A stretch of 64,000 nt of DNA from Calditrichia bacterium. GTDB taxonomy: Bacteria; Calditrichota; Calditrichia; JAJRVZ01. This document shows, piece after piece, positions 9,999 to 20,901 of this stretch. The notes beneath the pieces were generated by a model that was given only the letters and a program-made list of their open reading frames with translations, was not told where the DNA came from and did not search any database. The stretch lies in the NCBI GenBank assembly GCA_963796965.1, contig CAWCNS010000005.1, positions 64,001 through 128,000 of the forward strand, given 5' to 3'. Every line of letters begins with the position of its first letter. The stretch's first letter is position 1. The translations under genes and the position numbers were made by a program.

Positions 9999-12214
9999 TT
10001 AGTCTCCTTCAATAAGGATCCAAATTTGGCCGTGTGATTCCACTTCAACAGGCAGGGTGATCTGATATTTGCGGTTTAACGGGTAGGGAGCCGGTTTACC
10101 ATTCATTATCCGGATGTTCGCCTGATCTGTTAATCCGGTATAATAAAGAGGAAGGGTAATATATCTATTGATCTTTTTCTCTGTGGGATTGTAGATCATC
10201 GCCAGACCCTTTGTGGTCAAATCGGGATTGACATGCAGGATACAATCCAGATCCCTTCCATCCGGGCGACGGACATGAATGATGTCGGAATCAAGAATTG
10301 GGCGGTGCCTTTTGTAAAAATCCACCCATTTTTTTACGATCTTTTTAGTTTCCGGTGTGTCATAGAGACGGGGACCCCGGTAACAGGCTTGCACGCCTGC
10401 TCCAAACAGATTGGCCAGCCGTTGCTCATAATGATTGAGATGTTCATGAAGCGGTTCGATCGTTGCCGCGGCACCCCCCCATGATATTGGGTTAAGGGGA
10501 CGAACATCCAACCCATAGAAGGCGTTTTATCCCAGGTTCCATCGTAAATATTCTGTCGCTCGATGATCTCTTGCTGTTGGCGCGGAAGCGACCAGTTGGT
10601 CTCCCTGTACCCCATTCCCGTCTTATTACTTCCGTTCAGGAAATACCAGTCCGGTACATTTAAATAAATACCTTTCGAGCGACACCAGCGGTAAAAATCA
10701 CGGATTTTTACAAATTGGGTCCACTGTGAATCCTCTAATCCCCGATGCCCGGGATGATTGGCAGAAATGCAGATATCTCCGGGATAAGATCCGTCATGTT
10801 CCAGAATATCCATTCCTGTAGTTTCAAAAAATTGATAGAGTTTTCTGAAATAATCCCGTCCCCAATCACTCTCCAGGCACGGAGAATGACCAAACCGCGG
10901 TTCTTTCCCAGGAGGCATTTCCACATCATTTCCACCACCTACTTTGCGGCTGGCCAGCAAAGAATATCCACCCAGCGCAATGTTTTTCTGATGTGCATAA
11001 TCGGTCCATTTTTTTAATCTTTGCAGATTCTTTGCACTCTCATCTTCTATATTAAATCCACTTCCAAAGGTTAGAATAACCATTTCAAAACCGACTTCCG
11101 CACATTGATCAATGGCCCGTTTTATCGATTCGTCATCTGACTGCCGGACATGCATCAGAATAGGATTTTCGGTTATCCAGGGTGCAATGGTGCGGTACAT
11201 GCGTCGAACGGCGAGGCCTTTTCTTTCACGATCCCAGTTGTCATGAAGCAGCTCGAATACCCGGAAGGATTCCAATGAATCCCCGGGTGCTAGTTCCTGA
11301 GCCGGTCCGTATTGTGGCCGGCATTCCAGAAGATAAGGTGATTGGCGCTGGTAATTAACTTGCGTCATATATTTAGGATCCGTATTCCAGAAGACACTTT
11401 TACCCAGACAGCTTTCATTTGACATACCGCTGGCAAAGGCATAGTCTGTTTCAACGGTCATGTTGGGTAACCGCCAGTTCTTGGGGACACTAACCGGGCT
11501 TTCCGGTTCCACGACTGCCAGGATCTCGTTTTTAAACTGATTGATCATGATGCTCTGATTGGAATAATTATAAATGGTCATCATTTTGGAGATCAAGGGC
11601 AGGCCATCATAAATCTCATAAATCACATCAATGGATATACCGGTCAGGTATTCGAGATTTGCTTTGTTTTTACTGACTTCTCCCGCATGAATACTAGTGA
11701 TCGTCTCTTGGTCGGCTTTGAAATGAAGGGTGAATGACTTTCCCGCTGGCGGCCAGGGCAGATCTTTTGGTAACCAGTTCATTCGTTTTTTCCAGGAAAA
11801 TTGTTTTTTTATAGGGCCTCTGCTGTATTGGGTGAATTTGAATGAAGCAGGGTCAACAGCCAGGCTATCCAACCATTGGGGAAGAATATAATTATGCACC
11901 GCTTGTCCGGTTAATCCGCCAATATCAAATTTCATCCCGTCAATTTCCACGGCTGCTTCCGGCCGGATAGATCGGACAAATTCTTCTCTGCTAATCAGAT
12001 GTTTGAGGCTGACAGTAGCAGCATTCGGTTTAATAGTGATTCGACGATTAAGTAAGCCGTTCCCAATATCAACAGAGGATTGATCGTCATTGATTGTTAC
12101 ATATGACGTATAGCGATCAGGATATATAAGCCAGTCTGGATTTGTGTTGCCTGCAAATGTCTGGCCGGTGGTGATACAGGCGATGATTATGATGAACAGG
12201 GAATAATAGTACAT
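9999..12214 (-). CDS. Secreted alpha-galactosidase-like (GH36/clan D-like) glycoside hydrolase, frameshift at the C7 run near 10474-10480
   Basis: Signal peptide; GFEMVILTFGSGF and DILEHDGSYPGD motifs. The two ORFs join as PLTQYHGGGAAATIEPL. Confidence 0.7.
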
Positions 12215-12243
12215 ATGGGTTTACCTTATTATTTATTTTATAT

Positions 12244-13599
12244 TTACTTAACCAACTCCAGATAAGCACACAACGTATTGATATTCCGGTTAAATACAGC
12301 ACTGCTGATACGATCCTTTACCTCATATTCCCCGTTCCAACGCACACCTGGTGTAAGTTTTTTAAACCTATCATTCATACTTACCCAGCGACCAAGCGCA
12401 TCCTGAGCAGCAAGAATGGCTTTCACTTCAGCTATCAGTTTTTCTGCCTTTTGTTTGCGGTTAAGTTCAGGTTTCTCTGCATCATTTTTTTGATGAATAG
12501 CCTCAAATCGATTCTTTACCTGCTGTATTTGCTCTGCCAGATCGCTTTCATAACCATACCCGGTACGACGTTCGATGTGTAATTCCTCTGTCGAGTTTAC
12601 ACGGATTCTGCCACGGTCGTAATACAAGGATTTGCCTGTGCCGATCTCCACAAACCGTGCCCATTTACCGTTTGGCAAACGGATATCATCCAGCCAGCGA
12701 ATGGCATCTGGAATCGGGGTCAGGTATAGTCTATTGTTTGTGAACCGGTACAAATCCATTAATGTAAATAGATTGTTTACTGTTACGGCAGGACATACGG
12801 CAGGTGGTTCGAAATCGCGGGCCCAGGCCGGTTGCAGAAATTCATTGTACTGCTGTGCCCACCCTGGCTGGGGTGGCGGCAGCTGCGAGATCATCATAAA
12901 CCGACCTACTTTATTCAAACATTGGCGATACGTATCCTTGCCATAGTAGCGAATCGCATCCATCATGGTGTTGATGCAGTCATTGATACCACGATCATTA
13001 AACGTAGCGTAGTCATGATAGTCGCCACGCGGCGGATACCTGTGTGGCCATCCGCCATTATCCAGTTGCGCATCGATCATAAGTTGCAGAGATTTCTCGA
13101 TCGCTGTTGTCAACGAATCGTTGTCAACGTGTTGGTCAAGCGCCATGAGAAAACGGATGGCACTCTGTGTCTGGTCATCATCAAAACTGACCCATCGGCC
13201 TCTCGGGCGATTAAAACGGATCGTATGTTCCCAGCCACCACGTTCATTCTGGCCACGAATCAAGGCGAATCCCGCATCCCTGGCCGCTTTCAGATGATCC
13301 GGATTTCCGGTTATCCGGTAGGCGTTCAGAAAGGTCATCCCCACGGCAGGGGTGCCGGGTGGCTGGACTTCAATCGTGTGTTCATCGGTCCGGTTTTCAC
13401 CCCAGCGTTCCTTCAAGTCAGTCGTAACAAAGTATACGTAACCACCGTGGGTGTTGATAGAATAAAAAAAGGCAATGCCTTTGTCAACTGCTTGTCTGGC
13501 GGATTCTGTTAGAGCGTCCCCCTCATCACCTGCGATTGATAAAGAGCTGTTGATCAATACAATCAGAATCCCTGTAATCGTTCTAAAATTCTTTTTCAT
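12244..13599 (-). CDS. Pectate lyase, PL10-like, secreted
   Basis: Signal peptide; SFDDDQT, AQLDNGGWPHRYP, YATFND and GWAQQY...PAWARDFEPPA motifs. Confidence 0.8.
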   Translation of the reverse strand: MKKNFRTITGILIVLINSSLSIAGDEGDALTESARQAVDKGIAFFYSINTHGGYVYFVTTDLKERWGENRTDEHTIEVQPPGTPAVGMTFLNAYRITGNPDHLKAARDAGFALIRGQNERGGWEHTIRFNRPRGRWVSFDDDQTQSAIRFLMALDQHVDNDSLTTAIEKSLQLMIDAQLDNGGWPHRYPPRGDYHDYATFNDRGINDCINTMMDAIRYYGKDTYRQCLNKVGRFMMISQLPPPQPGWAQQYNEFLQPAWARDFEPPAVCPAVTVNNLFTLMDLYRFTNNRLYLTPIPDAIRWLDDIRLPNGKWARFVEIGTGKSLYYDRGRIRVNSTEELHIERRTGYGYESDLAEQIQQVKNRFEAIHQKNDAEKPELNRKQKAEKLIAEVKAILAAQDALGRWVSMNDRFKKLTPGVRWNGEYEVKDRISSAVFNRNINTLCAYLELVK

Positions 13600-13826
13600 C
13601 TTCTCTTTCGAATGTTATTAATAGTGTCATCTCGCCTGTCCCGATGGTCATTTATCGGGGATAAAATCGGGATATTTATTTATCTTAGAAGCCCCCTATA
13701 ATGGGCAGTTTTGATCGTTATTTCATCACAAGAAATTGATTTTGAAAAAAGTACAACGCTTCGTCGTTTGGATTTGTAAACACTTTAACCGTGAACAGAT
13801 ACTCAATATTGTTGATGAGATTTACA

Positions 13827-14264
13827 TTAAACTGCAAAGCAGTTAAACATGAATAACTTCGGGTAAAACCCGAAGACATAAGCAATCAATAACTTCCAAA
13901 CTGCGAAGCAGTTTAATTATTATTGAGACAATACCCGTTTATAATAAATACTTCTCGTCAAACTCAATCTTGAACTCTTTTAATAATCTCTTATACTCAT
14001 CAATAAACGTCTCAGTTTTATGATGTTTAACCTGGTTTTTTACATATTCTATTACTTTATCTTTCTCATGAATCGAATAGATAATCGCCCCATATCCAAT
14101 TTGCCACTTGGAAAAACCTGGAAAGATATTTTCATTTTTTATCATTTCCGAACTTGCTAACTAATAACCTTTAATATTCAACTCCTTTAGAGTTGAAGTT
14201 CTTTTTTAATTTAATCTTCCCCGAATTACATTCGGGGTTATTCATTTTCAATTCCTTCGGAATT
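13827..14264 (-). mobile_element. Internally deleted IS200/IS605-type (Y1 TnpA) element with inverted triple-hairpin ends
   Basis: Hairpin triplets at 13830-13914 and 14173-14264, in opposite orientation, surround a tnpA 3' fragment. Confidence 0.75.
13939..14160 (-). pseudogene. tnpA: IS200/IS605-family transposase, C-terminal fragment only
   Basis: LASSEMIK...FSKWQIGYGAIIYS...VIEYVKNQVKHH...EYKRLLKEFKIEFDEKYLL. The N-terminal HUH half is absent. Confidence 0.85.
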
Positions 14265-14386
14265 AGATTGTATTATTATTATTGTCTGTGCCTTTTTAGT
14301 CCTATTTTTCATTTTATCATATCCCGAAGGGTTCGAGACTGTGTAAAAAGTTTACTACACCGCAACACCCTGAACTATTTCCAATT

Positions 14387-15481
14387 TCACAATTTCTCGT
14401 AATCAAAATTAATCGCTGTCTCATAGACGGCTAAAATATTTTCTAATGGCGCGTCATAGGGGATGCTGTTTTCCGGACTGATAATAAATCCACCGTTATA
14501 GCCAACGGTTTTAATACGTGTGATCACTTCCTTCCGAACATCATCAACAGTACCCAGTGGGATCGTATCCTGAACCGATATTGTCCCATGGAATGTCAAC
14601 TGATCGCCAAATTTTTTCTTTATCGCTACAGGATCCATGCAGGCTGATTGTATTGGGTTTAGGATATCTATACCACATTGGAGAAGCAGGGGAATGATAT
14701 CCTCAATATTGCCATCGCTGTGATAGAATATTTTGATATCCGGTTTAACTTTTTTGACTTGTTTAATCAGGTCTGTAAAACGGGGAACATCAAAACGTTC
14801 GAACAACGTTGGTGAAAAGAGCATTCCCAGTTGTCCTGCCACATCGCCGACCAGGGCAATAATGTCATAGCCGGCCCGGGCTGCGAGGACAGCTTTTCTG
14901 GTTTGGAAAGCATAAAGTTGGTCATAAAATAGTTCGACAAATTCGGGGTTAAGCATCATCATCTGTGATAAATGCTCGAAACCGGCAATATGCCAGGCTA
15001 ATTTAAAGGGGAATTCAATTTCGGTGATTGTAATATAGTCTTTGTATGGATCAAGGCTTTTGGAGATATCTCTTATCGAAGGATAGATCACTTCCGGTAA
15101 GGTCCAATCTCCAAGGATGTCCTTATCAACCAGCGGCCCATCTTTCCATTCCAGATACTTACCATCATCGCCGAGGCGTTGTACGATGCCCCATTGATCC
15201 TCAAAGGTCTGGTTATCGTGAAAGATAAACGATCCTCCGCCATTGGGCGCTTCCGGAGGCAGTACACCATTAATTCTTTTCTCAAATTCAGGATAACGGG
15301 CAGGGACATCAATCCAGCGGAAATCAATTTCCAGTTTCTGGAAAACATCTTCTGTCTTTTCCGTATTAAAATAGGCTTTCAGCGCATTAATTGTTTCTAC
15401 TCTGGGCCACATCAAATCCAGCGGTAACCGGTCCGGGATTTGATACGTCAGGGTTTTAGTAAATCTTTCTTTTGATGTCAT
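14387..15481 (-). CDS. Uroporphyrinogen decarboxylase / MtaA-CmuA family protein
   Basis: MTSKERF start; DQWG, GDVAGQ..LFSP, FYHSDG, GIDILNPIQ and GGFIISP motifs. Confidence 0.85.
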   Translation of the reverse strand: MTSKERFTKTLTYQIPDRLPLDLMWPRVETINALKAYFNTEKTEDVFQKLEIDFRWIDVPARYPEFEKRINGVLPPEAPNGGGSFIFHDNQTFEDQWGIVQRLGDDGKYLEWKDGPLVDKDILGDWTLPEVIYPSIRDISKSLDPYKDYITITEIEFPFKLAWHIAGFEHLSQMMMLNPEFVELFYDQLYAFQTRKAVLAARAGYDIIALVGDVAGQLGMLFSPTLFERFDVPRFTDLIKQVKKVKPDIKIFYHSDGNIEDIIPLLLQCGIDILNPIQSACMDPVAIKKKFGDQLTFHGTISVQDTIPLGTVDDVRKEVITRIKTVGYNGGFIISPENSIPYDAPLENILAVYETAINFDYEKL

Positions 15482-15486
15482 TACAT

Positions 15487-15526
15487 TTCTCCCTTTCCTT
15501 TTAGGAAGGGGCCAGGGGTGAGGTCC
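15487..15526. repeat. REP-like palindromic element (CCCTTTCCTTTTAGGAAGGGGCCAGGGGTGAGG)
   Basis: GC-rich hairpin CCCTTTCCT-TTT-AGGAAGGGG plus a CCAGGGGTGAGG tail in an AT-rich intergenic region. Confidence 0.55.
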
Positions 15527-15875
15527 AATTAGTAAACTACATTTTCTAATCTTATGCCAGGGTTCTCTTTCCCGGAGAGATCTAATATCCAACAGTTGGT
15601 GAATATTTTCCTGAAGAATTATTGGACTCTTCTGAAGAAACCTGGGAAAGAGTGATCTCTATCGCAGGCTGTCATAGCCTTTCAGGTTTTTTGTTTAAAT
15701 AATAAGAGACACTTTTAATAATAACAAATATAATTCAAATATTTCTTTCGTCGTCGATGCATTAAACAGGCATAAAATAAAAATGTGCATTTTTAAGTTA
15801 TTATTCCGGTTTAGAAATAATAATCCACCCTAAGCAGTTAAATAAATAAATCATTCTAAACAGAAAGGAAAAACC

Positions 15876-16733
15876 ATGATGAATAGATTTTATATACTCA
15901 GTCTGATTTGCTTTTTAAGTTTTAATCTGCTGTATGCCCAGGAACTAAAAACGCCCGCGCCCAGTCCGCTCGGAACCGTAACGCAAATGGTCGGATTGAC
16001 CGAGGTGTCCGTCTCCTATTCACGTCCCGGAGTTAAAGGGCGTGAAATTTTTGGTGGGCTCCTGCCTTTCGGTGATCTCTGGCGCACCGGTGCCAATATG
16101 TCAACAACGCTCATGTTCAGCGATGAGGTAACTATTGACGGAAGAAAAGTCCCTGCCGGAAAATACGCCCTTTTTACTATTCCGGAAAAAAATGAGTGGA
16201 CCGTCATTATATCGAAAGATATTGGTCCGGGAGCGTCCAAGTACAGCGAGAAAAATGATGTCCACCGCTTTAAAGTTACCCCCGGTACGTTAAGCACACC
16301 TGTTGAACGTCTGACAATTGAGATCGCCGAAATGACCGACAGCGGGGCACGCTTTGTGTTGAGATGGGCTACAACGGAAATCTCATTTCCATTCACGGTA
16401 GATACGGATGGCAAAGTGATGGGCCAGATTAATCAGATTATGAAAGACCCGGAACTGAAAGATCCTGGTGTTTTCTACGCGGCATCCAATTATTACTTCA
16501 ACACCGATAGAGATCTTAAACAGGCATTAACCTGGGTCAGCAAGGCGGTTGAATTAAAACCAGATGCATTCTGGATGAGTCGTTTAAAATCCCGGATACA
16601 GGCAAAAATGGGTGACTACAAAATGGCCATAGAGAGTGCTGAGCTGAGTATGAAAGAATCTGAGAAAGCCGGCAACAAGCAATATGTTCGGTTTAACCAA
16701 GAGGCTATTTCTGAATGGACGGCAAAATTATAA
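15876..16733 (+). CDS. DUF2911 domain secreted protein with C-terminal TPR-like helices
   Basis: Signal peptide; PAPSP, YSRPGVKGREIFG, WRTGAN and GKYALFTIP motifs. Confidence 0.9.
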   Translation: MMNRFYILSLICFLSFNLLYAQELKTPAPSPLGTVTQMVGLTEVSVSYSRPGVKGREIFGGLLPFGDLWRTGANMSTTLMFSDEVTIDGRKVPAGKYALFTIPEKNEWTVIISKDIGPGASKYSEKNDVHRFKVTPGTLSTPVERLTIEIAEMTDSGARFVLRWATTEISFPFTVDTDGKVMGQINQIMKDPELKDPGVFYAASNYYFNTDRDLKQALTWVSKAVELKPDAFWMSRLKSRIQAKMGDYKMAIESAELSMKESEKAGNKQYVRFNQEAISEWTAKL

Positions 16734-16742
16734 ACGAAGGTA

Positions 16743-16771
16743 AAAAAATCCCGACCCAGTCGGGATTTTTT
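16743..16771. terminator. Bidirectional intrinsic terminator
   Basis: AAAAAATCCCGAC-CCA-GTCGGGATTTTTT between convergent genes. Confidence 0.9.
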
Positions 16772-16788
16772 ATTTTTATATTCTACTG

Positions 16789-18327
16789 TCAAACCTTTGA
16801 AATATTAACCCAATCCAATCCAATCTTTCCACAAGCATAGTCCATCTCCTGCATATAATCACCACAGGCCATCATCCAATGAAATCCTCGATGATCGCGA
16901 AGCAATTTTTCCCAGTCCCCATCAATTTTGATATCATATTGCGAACGGCATATATCATAAAAAGGATTCTCTTCTACGGTACCCGTAAATCCCAGCCATT
17001 CTTTCTGACCGCTATCAGGACATATCATCGTGATTTTGGTGCCGATCGGCAATTCAACTTTGGGGGTTGCGCCATAATCCGATTCATAATGGGTGACCAC
17101 CTTGGCTAATGCGTAATTCTGACCATCCATGCGACGCGGGGCTGTACAATGAGCGGCGGTTACAATACCGGCATGGGGGTAGGTTGGGTCATTGAGAAAT
17201 ACAGGTTTGCCGGATAAGTAATGTAAGAGAATTCCCGATGGAATCACATTGAAATCGGATTCACAAAAAGCGACCAGACCTTCGTCATTAAGTAGACTGA
17301 GCGGTAAACAGGCGGTTGTCTCTGACATAGGGATCACCGTTGACATGCATTCCTTTATCGTGAATATATTCGTATTTGCCTCAATCATTAGATCTTTAAA
17401 TATATCATGAAGAATAAATGCATTTACCAGGAATTGTCTATCCGTATGCAGGCTGGTATCATTTAATGATAGATATTTCTCTGTCGCTTTTTCGGCATTA
17501 TTAACCCTGTTTGGGTCTTTCCGGGCACTTTTGATTCTTAGTTCCAACTCCTTATAATTGACCTCCTGAATATCGAGTTTAAATTTATCCTGTGAGACTT
17601 CAGGAGCAAGGGGACAGCACCATCCACCACTTCCACCAAGAGCAACGATCCGTTTACCGATAAAATTTTTAACCCCATACAGGGCTTTCAGTTTATAGCG
17701 CATTTCATCGTAATCATCCACTATAACATCATGAATATCCATGCCTGCTGGGTTCCGATAGCTATCCAATTCAAATTCAGCGCCACCTTTACGCAAAAAA
17801 CGGTTATGGATTATTTCATACCACAAATAGATGGGACCGGAACGATGTCTTAAAAATATCAAATTATCTCTCTTATCTGAAAAACAAGCTTCCAACATAC
17901 TCGTGCCACCGGAAGCGGCATAGACGATGGGTACATCATAACCTGACGATTTCTCTAAATTTACTGCCTCCTCTTGTGATTTAACTTTGAGAAGCGGTAG
18001 AATCTCAAGAGGAAAATCTGCTTTTTGCGTCAGGTTTTTTAGTTCAACAGAAATCCGCTTGACTTCCGAATCGACATCCTGTTCTGTATGCAACCCTCCC
18101 CATGGTCTCCAAGAGGTTGCCTCCCTCCTTTGATGAATTGAATATAGTAAAACAGGTTGTACACGTAGTTTTTTTCCGGACACTTTGTAGGGCTCATTGG
18201 GATTCCAATCCTGATTGGCCCCCCTGGAAAGATAAGGATACATAAGACTCGCACCTGCGATACCAAGTGCAGATATACCAATAAATTCACGCCTATTCAT
18301 CTCTGATTTGTTACATTCACAACACAT
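16789..18327 (-). CDS. Tat-exported L-fucose/L-arabinose isomerase-like protein
   Basis: NRREFIG Tat motif; CLPLSLLND, FCESD, AHCTAP, HYESDYG, CRSQ and GFHW motifs. Confidence 0.7.
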   Translation of the reverse strand: MCCECNKSEMNRREFIGISALGIAGASLMYPYLSRGANQDWNPNEPYKVSGKKLRVQPVLLYSIHQRREATSWRPWGGLHTEQDVDSEVKRISVELKNLTQKADFPLEILPLLKVKSQEEAVNLEKSSGYDVPIVYAASGGTSMLEACFSDKRDNLIFLRHRSGPIYLWYEIIHNRFLRKGGAEFELDSYRNPAGMDIHDVIVDDYDEMRYKLKALYGVKNFIGKRIVALGGSGGWCCPLAPEVSQDKFKLDIQEVNYKELELRIKSARKDPNRVNNAEKATEKYLSLNDTSLHTDRQFLVNAFILHDIFKDLMIEANTNIFTIKECMSTVIPMSETTACLPLSLLNDEGLVAFCESDFNVIPSGILLHYLSGKPVFLNDPTYPHAGIVTAAHCTAPRRMDGQNYALAKVVTHYESDYGATPKVELPIGTKITMICPDSGQKEWLGFTGTVEENPFYDICRSQYDIKIDGDWEKLLRDHRGFHWMMACGDYMQEMDYACGKIGLDWVNISKV

Positions 18328-18862
18328 GACAGACTCCCGGTTTTTATTGCTTGTCTTAGCCCACTTAATTCAGCTATCTCATCTATATTTGTTTAGACTT
18401 GATTATCAGGATAATTCATTTCCCAAAAAGACGTTGAGAAACTTATAAAATAGCTCAAGTTTATTGTTTGTGGGAAATAAATCACAACCAATATACAAAA
18501 AAAGTTCTTTTGATACTAAACTTGAGGCCTTTTGGTCATCTCTTATTTTACCTCTACGGAAATAAGATATTATCACATTTAACTTATAAACATACAAATA
18601 TTGTATAAAATCGTTAATAATTGAAAATATATTTAACTCGCCCATCTTTTACATTACTTTTACATTTCTTCCCTTAAATAAGTATTAACATGGATTTTTG
18701 CAATTTTTTAAATCATAAATTAATAATTACAAATATCCAATTTGAAAGCATTTCTGATTGTTTTACTGCTGATGTTGAAAACAAACTGAACTACAGAATA
18801 GCGAAGAATAGGGGGAGACAATTCATACAATAACAAAATCAGAGAACAGACCGGATAACAAC

Positions 18863-19843
18863 GTGTCTTCAAATAAAGAAATAATTGCGAAATATACACA
18901 ACCCGATTGGGGCAGAAGTATCTGGCAGGTGGCAAATTCCTTCATTCCTTATATCCTGTTGGTGATAGCGATGTATTTCAGCCTTAATATTTCCTATTGG
19001 CTTACATTGGCTCTGGCGATACCAGCCGGCGGATTTATGATTCGCATCTTTATCATTTTCCATGATTGTGGTCATGGTTCATATTTTCCCTCCCGACAGG
19101 CGAATAGTATTGTCGGTTTTTTGGCCGGTTTAATCACATTTGCTCCCTATAACCATTGGAATCATAAACATGCTATACATCATGCTACTTCTGGCGATCT
19201 GGATAGAAGAGGGATGGGAGATGTCTGGACCCTGACGGTAAAAGAATATCAGGAGACTTCAAAACAGGAGCGGTTCCATTATCAAATATTCAGGAATCCT
19301 GTGCTTATGTTAGTAATTGGTCCACTATATATGTTTCTGATCTATAACCGTTTTGTCACCGGAAAGGCCACAGCACGCGAACGACATTATGTCTATGCGA
19401 CAAATATGGCACTTCTCGCCATTATAATCGTCGCCACCTTAACCATTGGTTTTAAGGCCTATGTTCTGATTCAATTACCGATTCTTATGATAGGTGGTTC
19501 AGCCGGTGTTTGGCTATTTTATGTTCAGCATCAATTCGATGGCGTGTACTGGTCCCGTCATGAGGATTGGAATTTCGAGGATGCTGCCGTAGAAGGCAGT
19601 TCGTTTTATAAATTGCCCAAAATTCTGCAATGGTTTTCCGGGAATATAGGCTTTCACCATGTACACCATTTAAGTTCAAGGATCCCCAATTATTATCTTG
19701 AATCATGCCATAAAGAAATACCTCAATTCCGGAATATCAAACCGCTGACATTCAGAAATAGTCTCAAATGTTTTACATACCGCTTATGGGATGAAGAAAA
19801 CAACAGACTGGTTGGCTATAATTATTTAAGAGGTACTGTCTAA
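18863..19843 (+). CDS. Membrane fatty acid desaturase (Bacillus Des-like)
   Basis: His boxes HDCGH, HAIHH and HHVHH; WLFYVQHQF. Confidence 0.92.
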   Translation: MSSNKEIIAKYTQPDWGRSIWQVANSFIPYILLVIAMYFSLNISYWLTLALAIPAGGFMIRIFIIFHDCGHGSYFPSRQANSIVGFLAGLITFAPYNHWNHKHAIHHATSGDLDRRGMGDVWTLTVKEYQETSKQERFHYQIFRNPVLMLVIGPLYMFLIYNRFVTGKATARERHYVYATNMALLAIIIVATLTIGFKAYVLIQLPILMIGGSAGVWLFYVQHQFDGVYWSRHEDWNFEDAAVEGSSFYKLPKILQWFSGNIGFHHVHHLSSRIPNYYLESCHKEIPQFRNIKPLTFRNSLKCFTYRLWDEENNRLVGYNYLRGTV

Positions 19844-19880
19844 ATTTGTATGAAAAAATGAAAAATGGATAATATAAAGA

Positions 19881-19935
19881 AACCACAGAGGGCCTAGTGC
19901 TCGCCCGAAGGGCGAGCACTAGGCCCTCTGTGGTT
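19881..19935. repeat. Perfect 26-bp-stem hairpin with GAA loop between convergent genes
   Basis: AACCACAGAGGGCCTAGTGCTCGCCC-GAA-GGGCGAGCACTAGGCCCTCTGTGGTT. Confidence 0.9.
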
Positions 19936-19986
19936 ATTTTTTAGACAGCCATTTAAGAGATTGGATCACCATCATTTTTAATTTTG

Positions 19987-20901
19987 TTATTTATTTATTT
20001 TAAATTCAAACACATCCGGCCGGGCATAATGACCGGCAGCATCAAACATCCTTTTTGCTTCAATAATCTTGTTTAGATCAATCTCAGCATAGAGAATTTC
20101 TTCTTTCATTTCCACAGGGCCAGCGATGATTTCTCCCTGTGGACTCACGATACAACTCCTGCCGGAATTAATCCATTCTCGTCCTTCAGGATATAATTTC
20201 TTAAATTCATATCGATCTGGAATATCATCCATTTTAAGTGCCATACAACTACTGATGACATACATACCACCTTCTCTGGCAATATGTTTTATACTTAAAA
20301 GCCAATTGTCACTTTTGTCCCAGGTGGGAACGGCGTGGATTTGCGTTCCACCAACATACATGGCATGGCGGGCAAGTGGCATAAAATTTTCCCAACATAT
20401 GAGGCCACCCAGTTTTGCAAATGATGTCTCAAACACATTTATAGTACTGCCATCGCCCTGAGACCAAATTAAACGTTCACCTCCGGTGGCTATTAGTTTC
20501 CGGTGTTTGCCCATAATATTTCCCTGATCATCGATAAACAAAAGAGTATTATAAAGACTTGCATTACTTGCTTCGGCATTACGTTCATTCATTCCCATTA
20601 CAACGTAAATTTTAGATTTTTTAGCTGCTGCACAGAGTAAATCGGTTGATTCATCGGGAATTGTTACAGCATTCTGTACTAATTCGGAATATAATTCATT
20701 TAGAATTGCGCCTTTACTGTTTGGCACCACCCATGCCCAATCCGGGTAGCCGGGAATAAATGCCTCAGGAAACACGACCAATTTTGCACCATTTTTTCCG
20801 GCCTCAGCAATATACCGGCATGCTTTCTCCACGGTGGCTTTTTTATTTAAAAAAACCGGCGTGGCCTGTGCTGCGGCAACTTTAATCAGTTGATTATTCA
20901 T
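19987..20901 (-). CDS. Nitrilase (carbon-nitrogen hydrolase)
   Basis: FPEAFIPGYP, HRKL and GGLICWENFMPL (Glu-Lys-Cys triad); DAAGHYARPDVF. Confidence 0.92.
   Translation of the reverse strand: MNNQLIKVAAAQATPVFLNKKATVEKACRYIAEAGKNGAKLVVFPEAFIPGYPDWAWVVPNSKGAILNELYSELVQNAVTIPDESTDLLCAAAKKSKIYVVMGMNERNAEASNASLYNTLLFIDDQGNIMGKHRKLIATGGERLIWSQGDGSTINVFETSFAKLGGLICWENFMPLARHAMYVGGTQIHAVPTWDKSDNWLLSIKHIAREGGMYVISSCMALKMDDIPDRYEFKKLYPEGREWINSGRSCIVSPQGEIIAGPVEMKEEILYAEIDLNKIIEAKRMFDAAGHYARPDVFEFKINK

Noticed and set aside
12832..13512. 226-aa plus-strand ORF and the other antisense ORFs inside long genes
   Set aside because: They lie opposite well-supported genes and have no recognisable motifs.
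14334..14350. IS terminal repeat-like GAGACTGTGTAAAAAGT
   Set aside because: No partner inverted repeat or DDE transposase found nearby.
15482..15592. N-terminal extension of the URO-D-like ORF
   Set aside because: It translates a palindromic repeat; the family-like start is MTSKERF.
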